Below are positions 1-13,700 of a stretch of 64,000 nucleotides of DNA, in pieces. The DNA is taken from contig OX597828.1 of NCBI GenBank assembly GCA_951406725.2, forward strand, positions 66,154,001 to 66,218,000, given 5' to 3'. The notes under the pieces were generated by a model that worked only from the letters and a program-made list of their open reading frames with translations, did no database searches and was not told the origin of the DNA. The translations under genes were made by a program, and so were the position numbers. Positions within the stretch are counted from its first letter, which is position 1, and every line of letters begins with the position of its first letter. The stretch is from Octopus vulgaris. Its lineage: Eukaryota.

Positions 1-34
<34 letters not shown>

Positions 35-409
35 AAGGGCAGTAGATTGTTGGAATTGTTAGAACATCGAACCAAATGTCTTACAGTATTTTCTTCTGGC
101 TCTTTATGCTCTGTGTTAAATTCCCACCACAAATTCATAGAATAAAGTACCATTCAAATAATGGAATCAATGTAATCAACTAGCCTCTCCCCAAAAATTT
201 TAGGCTTTGTACTTATATTAAAAATTAAAATTAAAATGATTACTACTACTACTACTACTACTACATTTTGAGTTCAAATTCCACCAAGGTCAACTTTGCC
301 TTTCATCTTTTCAAGGTCGATAAAATAAGTACCAGTCAAGCACTGGGGTTGATTTAATCAACTTGCCCCTTCCCCAAAATTTCAGGCTTTGTGCTTATAG
401 TAAGAAAAA

Positions 410-532
410 TTATTATTGGTATTATTATTATTATTATTATTATCATCATTGTTATTATTATTATTATTGTTATCATTATTATTATTATTGCTATTATTAT
501 TATTATTATTATTATTATTTTTTTTTTTTTTA
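410..532 (+). repeat. (TAT)n microsatellite plus poly-T; (TAT)n also at 1-33
   Basis: Direct reading. Confidence 0.95.
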
Positions 533-2179
533 TATTTTAATGTTAAAAATATGGTGAAAAAAAGGAAACTAATTTCAACGTTGTTTCAAATTTTTAACTA
601 AACTCTTCACTTTGATATTATTTATATATACTAGTGTATTTGAAATATCAACATCAAATTCTCAAAAGGAAATATTTATTTCTTAAAGAATGTTGGCACA
701 CTCAAATAAATATGATTTCATTCTTACACTCAGAAGTTTCTATTTTTTATGTTTTTTTTTTTCTTTCTGATAGTCTTAAAAAGTTAACATAAATTTTTGA
801 TGTCAAGAATTTTATAAACTTTTGGGAGAACATGAAATAATTCTTTTTTTTTGGAATAGTGGATCTTAAAGCACACATAAAAGGTAAAGATCCCACTTCG
901 GTCACGAATGACTATGGGATTACACGTAGAAAGTTATCCGCCAAGGTACAAGTCTGGGCAAGGTTGTTTACAGAAGGCCAGCAGTTGCCCATGCATACCA
1001 GCCTACCGTCTCCATGCCACCGATGTTACCCAAGGGAAAGGCAAAGGCTGGTACAGCTTGGCACCAGTGACGTCGTAACTCAATTCTTCAGCTAGGTGAA
1101 CTGGAACAACGTGAAATAAAGTGTCTTGCTGAAGAACACAACACACAGTCTAGTCCAGGAATTGAACTCACTACCTCATGATTGTAAGTCTGATGCTCTA
1201 ACCACTGAGCCATGTGCCTTCACACATAAAGCTATAAATAAAATAGAGAAATTTGAAGGATTGCTTTTGTCCAATGATAGGATGCTTGTCATGTCTTCAA
1301 GAGATGTAGGATTGAGTCTCACTGGCAGCTTTCAAATTTTCTCTCCAAAAGGGTTTTTCCATTCCATATTTACATGTTATTATTTATAGCTTTATATGTG
1401 CTTCGCGATCCACTATTCCAAAAAATAATTATTTCACATTCTCTCAAAAATTTATAAAATTTTCATGACATCAATGAAATACAATTCTTGCTGGTAAGAA
1501 ATAATGTTTCTAAAATGGACAGAAGAATTTGAAGGATTACTTTCATCCAAGGTAGGATGCTTGTCGTATCTACAGATGTAGGTATTTGTGCTATGGGCAG
1601 TCTTCAGATTTTCTACAAAAGAGTTTTTCAACCCAATATATCCATACTGTTATTTATAGCTTTATGTGTATTACAAGATACAAAAAATTCCAAAAAATGA
1701 ATTTATTTTACAAAGGAAGGCTGAAAAGTTCATAGGCTGACCAAGATGCTCTCATGGAATGTGACCAAGTGAGGTTTAGTTATCCCCCTTGCAGTCCATA
1801 TACTTCTTCCATCAGCCACTAGGCCATGCACCCTCACACACATACATGTGTGAAGATGCATGCCACCACTTGACCACCACTGCTGACTTGTTTATATCAC
1901 CATAACTTAAAGAGTCAGCAAAAGAAACCAATATTACAAAAAACAAACTTTAAGAAATAAGTACTGAGGGATGATTTATTCAACTAACCCTATTAAAGCA
2001 ATGCTCCAACATGGCCTTGAAACAAGTCTGAGAAAGAGAAAAAAAGGTATGAACTTTCATATAGTTTCCATAATTACTTTATATTATAAGGGTTGGCTAA
2101 AGAGTTCATAGGTTGAACAAGATACTCTCATGGAATGTGACCAAATGTGGCTGATCTTTCAACACAGTCCATGCACTTC

Positions 2180-2670
2180 CAGTGGTGTAAATTGCACAAT
2201 ACCCAATGCTTAATAGTTCTGACAGCTAATGAGTGCCATACATGTGGCAGCAGGATTCGGCTCCTTCCAATACCTATGGGTGGAGTCAGAAGTGGTTGTT
2301 GGAGAATTTCTACAACTTCACTAGCCCCAATTTCTGACCTTCTAATTTATCTGATTGTAATCCCATGGATCACTATGTGTAGAGCATGGTTGAGAAAGAC
2401 ACCAACCGCCCTGCTTGTAACACCAAGGCTGAGCTGGTGATTAAGATGAAGGATGGGTTTGAAGATCTCTCCAGGGACACAGTTAAGAATGCATCTCCCA
2501 GGTTTCAGAGCCATTTTGAGGCCATGGTGAAAGATGAGGGCAGCTACTTTGTGTAAACTGTTATCTCTTGGCCATTAGTTGATATGTTTGGATTTTTAAG
2601 ATACTTTTATTTTTGGATGAGATATTTTATCCCTTTTATGCAAACTGTCAAAGTTAGCTCAGAGACTCTG
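2180..2670 (+). mobile_element. Degenerate Tc1/mariner (maT-like) transposase C-terminal fragment with right end
   Basis: An alternative frame reads ...SDCNPMDHYV*SMVEKDTN...NTKAELV...RDTVKNASPRFQSHFEAMVKDEGSYF. Ends ...agactctg|ta. Confidence 0.6.
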
Positions 2671-2839
2671 TATGTGTGTGTGTCTGTTAATGATTCCTTG
2701 CCTTCACTTCATGTTATCATTGTAAACAAGGGTCATTATCATGCATGCAGTGTCCTTTCCAATCGTCTTTGAAAATGTGTCTGGTCATGGAGAATATAAC
2801 CTTATTTGGAAATAGAGCATCCTGCTGTAAGTATGAAAA

Positions 2840-3196
2840 TGTGGACAGGCAAGTGAAATCGAAATCAAAGTCGGTAAAAAATCAATGGAAATTGTAGTTG
2901 TGATGCCAGTGACAGGTAAAAGAACCATCTGAACGTGGTCATTGCCAGCGCCGCCCCAACTGGCCTCCGTGCCGGTGGCATGTAAAAAGTACCAACCGAT
3001 CATGGCCATTGCTAGCTTCACCTGGCACATAAAAAGCACCCACTACACTCACGGAGTGGTTGGCATTAGGAAGGGCATCCAGCTGTAGAAACTCTGCCAG
3101 ATCAGACTGGGCCTGATGCAGCCTCCTGGCTTCCCAGACCCCAGTCAAACTGTCCAACCCATGCTAGCATGAAAAGCGGCCGTTGATAGTGATGAT
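2840..3196 (+). mobile_element. Truncated RTE 3'-tail copy. Further copies at about 4643-5065(-), 5500-5828(+), 13150-13345(-), 14350-14630(-), 25810-26058(+), 26268-26452(+), 31580-31900(-), 34777-35283(-), 39737-40022(+), 43004-43185(+), 62716-62968(-)
   Basis: Shared core aaaaagcacccactacactc...ggaagggcatccagctgtagaaa...catgctagcatggaaa...(gat)n. This is the source of the many LQLDALPNANHS pseudo-ORFs. Confidence 0.9.
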
Positions 3197-5889
3197 ATAA
3201 TGTTAATGAGGATGATAGAGACAACAATGATGACAATGGTTAATTCTATGGAAATGTAGTCAACTAACACCGAATGACAGATAGTTTAGAAATGTGGAAT
3301 ATAGTTAATTGATTCAGAACAACATATTTGTATGGAAGTATAGTTAATTGAATTTAACTCATTTATCAAGCCTGGATGGTAAAACAATGTTGACCTCAGT
3401 GGTACTGAGCTCAGACAGTGCTGGAAGAAATGTCTTGCATTATTTAATTTAATCTCCCTACAATCTCAGTTGAGATCCAAGTGGGTTTGGTTTTTACTTT
3501 TAATCCTTTCACATCAATAAATAAGAGTTGATTCAATTGACTATAAAGTCTGCTCCTTGTGACTATACATGCTGGAGTAAGAAAACCATTATAGCTATTG
3601 AGGTGTGCTACTATGGGCATAGACATGTACAGAGATAAGTTGCATGCTTTATAGTATTTAGTAAGGCTTCACTGATATAAATTTCAGCTGGTGGTGGTTG
3701 ACTGTTCTTTCTCTTATTGCTAATAACACAAGTATGAATAAATGCACTAAAATTGATTCTCATCAACAACAAAATCCTTCCTTTACAAAACAGCCTTGTA
3801 CACTTGAAAGAAACCATCATCATCATCATGATCATCGTTCTTGGTAATTTCATAAATGACTTTCTGCTTCAAGCAGGATTGTAGTCATTGTTTAATAACA
3901 AAGAATTAAGGGAAAAAAATTACAAAGAAAAGGAAAAAGGAAATATTGTTGTGCATAAAAGTATTTGTTCTCCAACACTAGTTGTTTTCAGTGGCTGAAT
4001 GGAATATTGACGGAATAATACTGGCATAAAATAGGCTTTATTCCTTTGAGCTTTTATTAGGAACTGATTATTAATTATGCCGTGCTTGCTCATTATTAAG
4101 TATTAGTAAAATACTAAGGTAGAATAAGCAGTGGAAGAACCAGCTCAGGAACATAACTAATTCAGGAATATGACCAGCTCTGTATACTTCTATTTAAACA
4201 GCTGTGGTAAAAAGTTATCAAATTTTCTTTTTACCTACCTTATCTATAATAAACTAACTTCCTATTAACGAGGGTAATCTTTTATTTAATTAACAAAGCA
4301 ACAGCTTTATGAGAACCAATGCTTATTGAGATTTCATCATTGTTAAAATGTTGTTGTTGTTGTTGTTGTTTAACTGGCCATGTTAATCCCAATTGAGTTA
4401 CATTCCATTCACGACCACTTTGTGTTATATTGCCTTCCTTTTTTTAAAAATGGTGGGGAGTGATTTAAAGGAAATCTGCTGTTATTTCTAGCAGGTCAAG
4501 CAACCACTTGTAGGTTCTCTCATTGTTTTGCTATATTTAGAAAGTTGTAGAATGGCACTACTGATAGAGTATTATATTAAATACTTTACAATATTTATGT
4601 TCTACAACACTCATGTCCAAACCATACCAAGATCATCCCTTTCATCATCATCATCATCATCGTTTAACGTCCGCTTTCCATGCTAGCATGGGTTGGACGA
4701 TTTTGACTGAGGGCCGGCAAACCAGATGGCTGCACCAGGCTCCAATCTTGATCTGGCAGAGTTTCTACAGCTGGATGCCATTCCTAACGCCAACCACTCC
4801 GAGAGTGTAGTGGGTGCTTTTTATGTGCCACCGGCATGGGGGCCAGTCAGGCAGTACTGGCAATGACCTCACTCGAATCTTTTTATACATGCCACCGGCA
4901 CAGGTGCCAGTGAAGCGACGTTGGGAACGATCACACTCAAATGGTGCCCTAATACGTGCCATGGGTATGGAAGCCAGTTGGCTGCTCTGGCAATGATCAC
5001 GCTCGGATGGTGCTCTTGGCACCCTACTAACACAGGCATATGTGCCAGTAAGGCAACGCTGGTAGTGCCTTGTTGATATAATCCAGCCTTATTTGTGCCC
5101 AAATACCAATTAAATAGTTTACAATATTTATTTACATCCTTTTGTGTTCATGTTCAAGTTTCACCAGAGTTGACTTTTATTTTCAGCCTTCTGATGTCAG
5201 TAAAATGAGTGTCAGGTATTCAATTGACTCGTCATCTCCTTCAAATTTCTGACCGTTACCGTCCATATTTCTGTAGCAGCATAAATATATTCTTTTATTC
5301 TTTTACCGGTGTCAGTCACTGGACTGCAGCCATGCTGGAACACCATCTTTAGTCACTTATAGTGACTCCGGTGTTTATTTCAGTGTCGTACTTATTTTAT
5401 TGTCGTAAATTTTACCAACTGTCTTTGTCAGCACTAGTCTTATCATAAACACATACAGAGGGTCAAGAAAGAAAAAGAGATTAATGACTCAAAAATAAGA
5501 ACTAGATGGAAATTGTAGTTGTGATACCAGTGCAACGTAAAAGAGCCATCCGAACGTGGCCGTTGCCAGCGCCACCCTGACTGGCCTCTGTGCCGGTGGC
5601 ACATAAAAAGCACCAACCGATTGTGGCCGTTGCCAGCTTCGCTTGGCACGTAAAAAGCACCCACTACACTCACGGAGTGGTTGGTGTTAGGAAGGGCATC
5701 CAGCTGTAAAAACACTGCTAGATCAGACTGGGCTTGGTGCAGCCTCCTGGCTTCCCAGACCCCAGTTGAACCGTCCAACCCATGCTAGCATGGAAAGTGG
5801 ACGTTAAACGATGATGATGATGATGATGAACTCAGAAGAAAGGAAGTTTGGAGAAGGAAAATATGAAAGTTTGAGTATCAAGCAGCCAG

Positions 5890-6700
5890 ATTTTCAGTGA
5901 AGTACTAGTAGAAGTACAGGTTTTGCTAATTAGTAAAGAATGCAGGACAGAACACCAGCAAACTGTCTGTCTTTGGTGTACTAAAATGGAGCAGATAGAT
6001 ACTCAATACCATGTGCCCAGTGCAAATAATGGACATACTAAAGGTGTAGTGGAATCACAGGCAGGCTAACAGAAAAGGTAACCTTCATATGCAGCAAGTG
6101 CACAGGGGCTTTAATTATGAAGTAGTTCATAATTTCTGTTACTTAGGTGACCAAATTAGCAATAGAGGTTGGTGTTCCGTAAGCAAAGTAACCAGAATAA
6201 CAAGTTGGAAAAAGTTCAAGGAATTATCACCAAAGGGCCTCTCACACAGAGTGAAAGGTAGATTATATGATGCTTGTGTACAAAGTGTGTAACTGCCTTG
6301 GTAGTGAGTTAAAGGCCTTGAATGCAGATGATTTGTGTAGACTAGAAAGAAATTAAGTAAGCATACTTTGATGAGTGTGTAATGTTACTGTGTATGTATG
6401 TGTGAACAATGGAATACAAATGAAGTGAAAGAAAGAAAATCTGGACATAAGAAGAACCAGATGCAGTATGCAAGAGAGGAGACAATAATGGTATGGGCAC
6501 ATGATATATATGGCTTATGGTAGTTATAAGCCAAGTTCTCAAAATAGATGGAACCTGTGGAAGAGGAGGACTTAAGAAAGCATAGTGTGATTTGGTAAAG
6601 ACTGATCTAAAGATACACAATAAATAACAAAAGACCACAACAATTGGTGATTGTGGTGCTGAAGAAAACTGAGCATTTGTGCAAGAACAGGAAAAAAAAA
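5890..6700 (+). mobile_element. Degenerate RTE LINE fragment
   Basis: FCYLGDQI...WKKFKEL...VKGRLYDACVQS peptide relic. Confidence 0.7.
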
Positions 6701-7814
6701 ACAATGCTAAAACAGAAATAGTTGTGGTGGCTGAGATGCTCTTACGGCACACATCTTCTCCCTCACTTCTTATCTCTATGACACGCTCCTGACTCTTTCT
6801 TTCAGTTTCTCCTCCTCCCTCCTCAACATCCTCTTGTCCCCACAGTTTCTCTTCCTCCCTCCTTTGGCTAGTTTTAATCCTAAAGGGTTAAGTGAATAAA
6901 ATTCACCATATTTCTTGCAGTTATTTTGTCAACCTCCAGGGGACGAATTCAATAGTATCAACTGGGAATGATCAGCACAGCACTACAAATTAAGTGTTTG
7001 TTTCTCTCCCCACAGTTTCTCCTCCTCTCTCCTCAACATCCTCTTGTCTTTGCAACGTGATTACAAAATGAGCCTCTTAACCACACACTAACAACCACAT
7101 CAGTACAAACATATTTATGTATCAATAGCTTTCTCAGACATCTGACTGTTTTACTCATTGACTTGTTCTCTTGCAACAGTTCAATGATGAACATTTAAAG
7201 CCTTAGATTCGGTTTTAACGACTTCGTTTCAATGTACTCGGCTTCTTTTGTATTGTTTTAATGTTCAATTCATGTTAGCCTAATGTTAAGTAAGCATGTC
7301 AAAACAACTGCCTCCAGGAGTAAATAGAAAATCATGTTGATAAATTATTATGGACCCATTGTGTGTTAAAAATTATACACACTGGAATTATTTTATAGTC
7401 AAATCATTGTTGCTTTTATTGTTGTTAGTTTGTAATTAATACATATGATTAACCGGTTTTCTTTTGATAAATTAATTCCTCCAAATATATGCTCTAGTTC
7501 AATAACCATTTAATGTAGTTTTATTTTCTCTTTTATCTTCAAAAATTGCCATAAGAAATAAATATAATAAATGAATAAAGGGGAAAAAAACCATTGTATG
7601 AGAAATCAATTGAAACTGAATGTTTCTGAGCTAAATGATAATTGATACCTTAATGTAACATTGTTTCTAAAGTTAAGCACTGGACTTCAACTGGTCATGT
7701 ATATTGATCTTGTCAGAAGGCAGCCGATAGGGCTCCTTAGTGTCAGCAGAGTACAAAATATTGTCATTGTTAGGAAGGAAAGCAGATTGAAAAATTCCAT
7801 TAAGGTTGTGCAGT

Positions 7815-8042
7815 TTAACACTTTAGTGTTCAGATTATTCTGTCAAATGTGATGTTTGTTTATTTAAAATGGTTTTAATTAATCATGCATTATCTTGTAT
7901 TTTAGATATTTCAATGATGTGATTTTTTAGTTTTAGAATGACATGGTAGGGCTGAGGTGAGAGGCGAGATCTGGTCAGTTTCAATATAAAACAGGTTAAG
8001 TATTTTGGCCAGATATGGCTGGTTTGAATGCTAAAGGGTTAA
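7815..8042 (+). mobile_element. piggyBac-like MITE of about 225 bp. Copies at about 9622-9838, 11475-11670, 13435-13872 (tandem pair), 33128-33350, 44717-44925, 46612-46785, 61785-61972
   Basis: Termini ttaa|ccctttagcatt...aatgctaaaggg|ttaa (CCC ends, TTAA target) with a shared internal sequence. Confidence 0.8.
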
Positions 8043-8179
8043 TAAGTGTATCATTAGCAAAGCTAATGGGAATTTGTTTCAGGGATTATATCACTTCTAG
8101 AAAATGTTACAGGGGGCGAGAGTATTTTTGTGTCAATCTTACAGCAACTGCTGGTGGTAGGTCATATAACTTTTTTTTT

Positions 8180-8478
8180 TGTTCCTTCTCGAGCCATGCC
8201 TGGCTCATAAGGGCCGGTTTCCTGGTTTCCTTGGTGTATAGGTTCCTCACCTGGACGGGATGCCGGTCCGTCGCAGGTGAGCTGCTAGATGCAGGAGGAA
8301 AGAGTGAGAGAAAGTTGTGGCGAAAGAGTCAGCAGAAGTTCGCCATTACCTTCTGCCGGAGCCATGTGGAGCTTAAGTGTTTCGCTCATAAACACACACA
8401 TCGGCCGGTCTGAGATTCGAACCCATGATCCCTCGACCGCGAGTCCGCTGCTCTAACCACTAGGCCATGTGCCTCCAC
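8180..8478 (-). mobile_element. Young tRNA-derived SINE family C. Related heads at 26770-26940(+) and 885-1225(-)
   Basis: A box tggcctagtggttagagc and B box ggttcgaatctc, CpG-rich, A-rich tail. Confidence 0.8.
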
Positions 8479-10654
8479 TTCATGTAACTTTGTAACCAGT
8501 TGATTGCATAAGACTTAATTTGTGAGCTCAGCTCATATCTCTTCTTCTAACTATGGGGTACACCTGGCTGAAAGGTGTGTGTGTGTAGTAGGTATTCTGT
8601 AAGTAAGGAAGGTAGCATTTAAACTTTGTGTAAATGTATCTTACCCTAAGTAAGATACATTTACACACACACGTGTGTGTGTGTGATTTTACATTCATTT
8701 TTTTTTTTCATGGTATGATACAAGTTCAATGTTCCTCACAATTTTGAACATTTACATATTGTCTAAACAACAGGTTTTACAAGTGAATTCTGTTTTCATT
8801 AAATCATATTACATTGAAACAAGAGCGGAATCTGTAGTTAGCACAATAAACTGGGACAAACAGAATTATTTTTATGGTATAGTTGAAAAAAGAAGAGCAG
8901 TGCCATGAACTTCTAGCAGGGCTCGTAAGCCTGGTTGGAAGGAAATTAGAGAAAAGGCCTCACAGGTTATTGCAATAAGAAATATCAAATCAAAACATCA
9001 AATCATCTCCTGATCCAAAATCTGGCCCAAATGCCAACAACAAAATGTACTCTGCTATGGTCAGGTTGAAGTGTTAAAGCAGGTGATGGATTAGAGCCAC
9101 CACATGAGAATGGAGACAGTCAGCACAGTTGTTCTTTGGTCATTCTGCAGTTATGGTAGAAGTTACTTGCCAAGGTGCCATGCAATGATTTCATCAAACC
9201 AGAACCATGTGAATGTAAAGCAAATTAGTCAGCAACACTCCATCATTGCACCTATACATGTGCAATGAAGGATTGAGCTCAGAAACGGCAGTGCATCAGC
9301 ATGGCCGCAGCTCTGAGCTGAAACTACAGGGGGAAAAAAAACATTATAAAGTGTATAGGTGAAAGTAAGATTTGAATTCATAGTGAAGGTATTAATAATC
9401 CAGTACTTTGACCTTGTAGCTACATTCTACATAATGGTTTTGAGAATTTTGGACAAATACAACCTTTGGCATGGAGAGTAGATAAGTTCTACTTGGTTGG
9501 GAAATGCCCAAATAAACACTTAATTTGTAGTGCTGCACTGATCATTCCCAGTTGACACTATTGAATTCGTCCCCTGGAGGTTGACAAAATAACTGCAAGA
9601 AATATGGCGAATTTTATTCACTTAAGCCTTTAGGATTAAAACTAGCCACATCCAGCCCAAATATTCTATGTTTTGCATTCAAACTGGCTATACGAAACCT
9701 CTCACATCTAACCTACTAAAAATAAGAAATCACGTCAATGAAACCTCAAAGCTATAAGATAATGCATGATTAATTCAAAACAATTTGAATTTAAAAAGCA
9801 TTACATTTGACAGTGTAATCTGAATGCTAAAGGGTTAATGATACTTCCCCTTCTTTGGCCCCCAGTGGGTAATAAAGAAATTGATACTTCCCCTTCTTAA
9901 AAAGTCTGCTGTATTAAAACAAATGATTTTTTTTTCATTCATCTCATACAAGTTAGAATAATGATAAATACGCTGGGTAATTCTCACTGCTTTCAACCAA
10001 AAAGAGTGACCTTTGACTCGATTTTACAGAACCCTCCACTCATCACTCATCAATCAACACAGCTCCATTAGCAGTATTTCTGCTGAAAAGAGCTCCTCAA
10101 TTTATTACTTGCCTCACACAAAACACGCTTAATGAAACTCTTATGATATGAGGCTTTCATTGTCCAGACTCCCAGTTTTACCTCTACATACACACAGTTG
10201 CCACATGCAAAATCTTCTCCGTGTCTCCAAAGTATAGTCCAAAGCTGACTCTCATCTTTGCCAAACTCTTCACATCCTGTATTCCCTCTCCAAATTTGAC
10301 AATTTCTTTGACCTTGCCAGATACTCACATCTCACATTCACTTCCAACATCTCAAAGATAGCACTAGCAATAACTATAGGTACAGGCATGGCTGTGTGGT
10401 AAGAAGCTTGCTTCCCAAACACATGGTCACAGGTTCAGTCCCACTGCATAGAACCTTGGGCAAGTGTCTTCCACTATAGCCCTGGGCCGACCAAAGCCTT
10501 ATGAGTAGATTTGGTAGATAGAAACTGAAAGAAGCCCATCATATATATGTGTATGTGTGTATACATATATATAAATATATATATAAGAAGAAGAAAAAGA
10601 AAATGGAGATTGGGAAGTTAATTGTTTATTATTATTAACAACAAATCAATCTCA

Positions 10655-10738
10655 TCCCTTACAGCTGTTTCAGTTAATGCTCAGTGAATTAATTAGAAAT
10701 TAAATTCATATGCCCTGAGCATAATATCTTCAGAGGGA
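10655..10738 (-). ncRNA. Type I hammerhead ribozyme motif
   Basis: TCCCT-CTGAAGA-(atgctcag...ctgagcat)-GAAAC-AGCT-GTA-AGGGA. The base of stem II is mismatched. Confidence 0.65.
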
Positions 10739-13700
10739 AAGAAATAAACACAGAGGGGACAGACACACGGATTAAGTCAATTACATCGACCCCAGTGCGT
10801 AACTGGTACTTAATTTATCGACCCCGAAAGGATGAAAGGCAAAGTCGACCTCGGCAGAATTTGAACTCGGAACATAACGCCTGGCATGCTAACGTTTCTG
10901 CCAGCTCGCCGCCTTATCAGATGGGATAGCTTGCAGTATCTATTCTAGCTCTGTACATTCTAAGATACAAAAAAATCCCACCTTGACCATTATCAAAGTG
11001 AATTAACTTCTGAAAGAAAAATGTACCAAAACCAAAAGAGTTTACATCCTTACTGAGTAGGGATGATATAGGAGTGCAAAGTAGTCAATAGATGATGATG
11101 ATGATGATGGGGTGGGGTGGGGTGATGATGATGATGATGATGATCCTATCTGAGACATTAGTAATTTTACCAATTCACTACCTTAACCCTTTGGAGGCAG
11201 AGCCTCATTTGGAGTTTCAGTGCCAAGAAGACGGAGCCCTTTTCACAAGTCCTACAGAGGGCATGCACTTATTTTTCAAAAAACAATTATAGAAAATAAA
11301 GTAATTACTTTACATATATAAAACTATATGTAGGAAAATGAATGAACTAATACAATCTTCGTCTTTCAACTTTTTGGCCAAGAGATTGACCTTGTTATCT
11401 CCTAAGGATTAAAACTATTAGCTTAAACTAGAACACCAAAGAAGACTGTTGGTTCTACTAGTGATTTAAGTGCTAACCCTTTAACATCCAGATTTCTTTG
11501 TCAAATGTATTATATATTTAAAATTGTAGCCTTGAGATTTTGATGATGTGATTGTCTATTTTTAGAATGACATTGTAGGGTAGGTTTGAGAAACCAGATC
11601 CAGTCAGTTTTAACATAAAACAAGTAGAATATTTGGGTCGGATATGGCTGGTTTAAATGCTAAAGGGTCGAAAGTGCTGAGTTGATGATCTGTTATTTAT
11701 GAAGTGCCCCCACCCCTATTATTATCACAATTGTGGTCACTTCAAAATCTGCTATATATCCTCAAATAAAATACCTTTTTTAGAAAAATTCTAATAAGCC
11801 ATTTCTATGAAGAAATAGTTTACATGAAGGAGTACACTGCTGTAAAATTCTTAAATTTGTCTTCTCAATCCAACACTTGAAAACAGGTGTAGAAAACAAA
11901 CAAAAAAAAAGCAAAAGTGAAAGAAAGAAACAAAAAAAAATATCCTATCTTATCAATCTATTGAACTAAATCCCATTAATATTTTCTTTCAGCAATTTTA
12001 TCATGTGTCAGATTTACTGAGATATTCAGTAAATCAGGTTTAACTCACTTTTCAACATTGTTCATTGTTTAGACTGAACAGTCAGGATGTACAGCCCCAA
12101 CACCTCACTTCGTTGCATGTAAGAACTTGTAACAACACATCTATGAGATTTCATTTGAACATTCAAGTAATATTTGGGGCCCATTATTTTGCTACATTGT
12201 ATCGAATTACCAGACTTAATGACACTAGGGATAGTTAACTCTTTCAAGCCAAGAGTTCCTAAAATTTTATTGCAGTAGATCAGAGTTTACAAAGTATCTT
12301 AAAATAGTTATATCCAAATTGTCTTCAACACATGCTTTTATTTCTTATTTATTTATTGCTTTCTCACTTTCTAATGAAATCGGATTACTTTTATGGTAGC
12401 TATTAGAAGTAATCTTAATCTTAAAAGGGTTAAATTATTTACAGCTGATCATGGTATGATGAGCTAGTGATTAATGTCAGACTATTGTTCCAAAGGTCAG
12501 GTGGTGGTGGTGGTGGCAGTGGCGTCTTAGATATTTCATGTCAATTTTCTCTTTTACATGGAGTGCAAATTTATATAGTTTATATAGTCGAGATATGGTC
12601 TTTCGATCATCAAGGAGGGCAATAACCCCGATTCAGAACTAAATCAGTTCATGATAATCCATCTAACCCATGCCAGCATGGAAAGCAGATATAAAAATTA
12701 TGATGATAAAGATTAAGATTACTTTATGATGTAAAATCTTAAAAACCAGTCCAAAGAATGACAAAATATTTTGGATTAATATTTTCTTTTAATAAGGAAC
12801 AAAGCCTAATTTTTATTGGGAATATATACCTATTTCTTTACTACCCACAAGGGGCTAAACACAGAAGGGACAAACAAGGACAGACAAACGGATTAAGTCG
12901 ATTATATCGACCCCAGTACGTAACTGGTACTTAGTTCATCGACCCCGAAAGGATGAAAGGTAAAGTCGACCTTGGTGGAATTTGAACTCAGAACATAAAA
13001 ACGTAAAGACAGACAAAATACCACTAAGCATTTCACCTGGCGAGCTAGCGTCTCTGCCAGCTCAGCGCCTTATTGGGAATATATACCATCAATTAAATTA
13101 GCTCCAATATGTTACTGAATAAAAGGCAAAGCAAATCCAAGCAGAATCAACATCCTCCTCCTCATCATCATCGTTTAACGTCTGCTTTCCATGCTAGCAT
13201 GGGTTGGACAGTTCGACTGGGGTGTGGGAAGCCAGGAGGCTGTACCAGGCTCCAGTCTGATCTGGCAGTGTTTCTACAGCTGGATGCTCTTCCTAACACC
13301 AACCACTCCATGAGTGTAGTGGGTGCTTTTTACGTGCCACCGGCAAGAACATTGAGGAATAGAACTAGATCATGTCCAGTGATTTTTATTCAATTCCTGC
13401 TACCTTCACTGCTTTAATTTGTGGTTAATATCCTTTAACCTTTTAACAAATTGATCACTCTGTCAAATGTAATGCTTTTTTCTTCACATTGTTTTGAATT
13501 AATCATGCATTATCTCGTAGCTTTCAGATTTTGATGATGTAACAGTTTATTTTTAGGATGGCCTTGTAGGGTAGGTGTGAGAAGCCAGATCTGATTAGCT
13601 TGAACATAAAACAGGTTGAAAATCTGTATCGGATCTGGCCTATTTAACTCTTTAGCATTCAGGTTACTCTATCAAATGTAATGCTTATATATTTACATTA

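Noticed and set aside
2785-5778. Recurrent ORFs containing LQLDALPNANHSxSVVGAFYVP (also near 13.1, 19.0, 31.5, 34.9, 39.7, 43.0 and 62.8 kb)
   Set aside because: They are antisense translations of the RTE 3'-tail repeat, not a gene family.
7184-7290. C-box ATGATGA suggesting a C/D snoRNA (also ATCATGA...CTGA at 14038-14093)
   Set aside because: The first has no D box. The second has an imperfect C box and no terminal stem or recognisable guide.
8400-8478. tRNA-like sequence (also 26770-26845)
   Set aside because: These are SINE heads with A and B boxes that continue into a SINE body and lack a proper acceptor stem.
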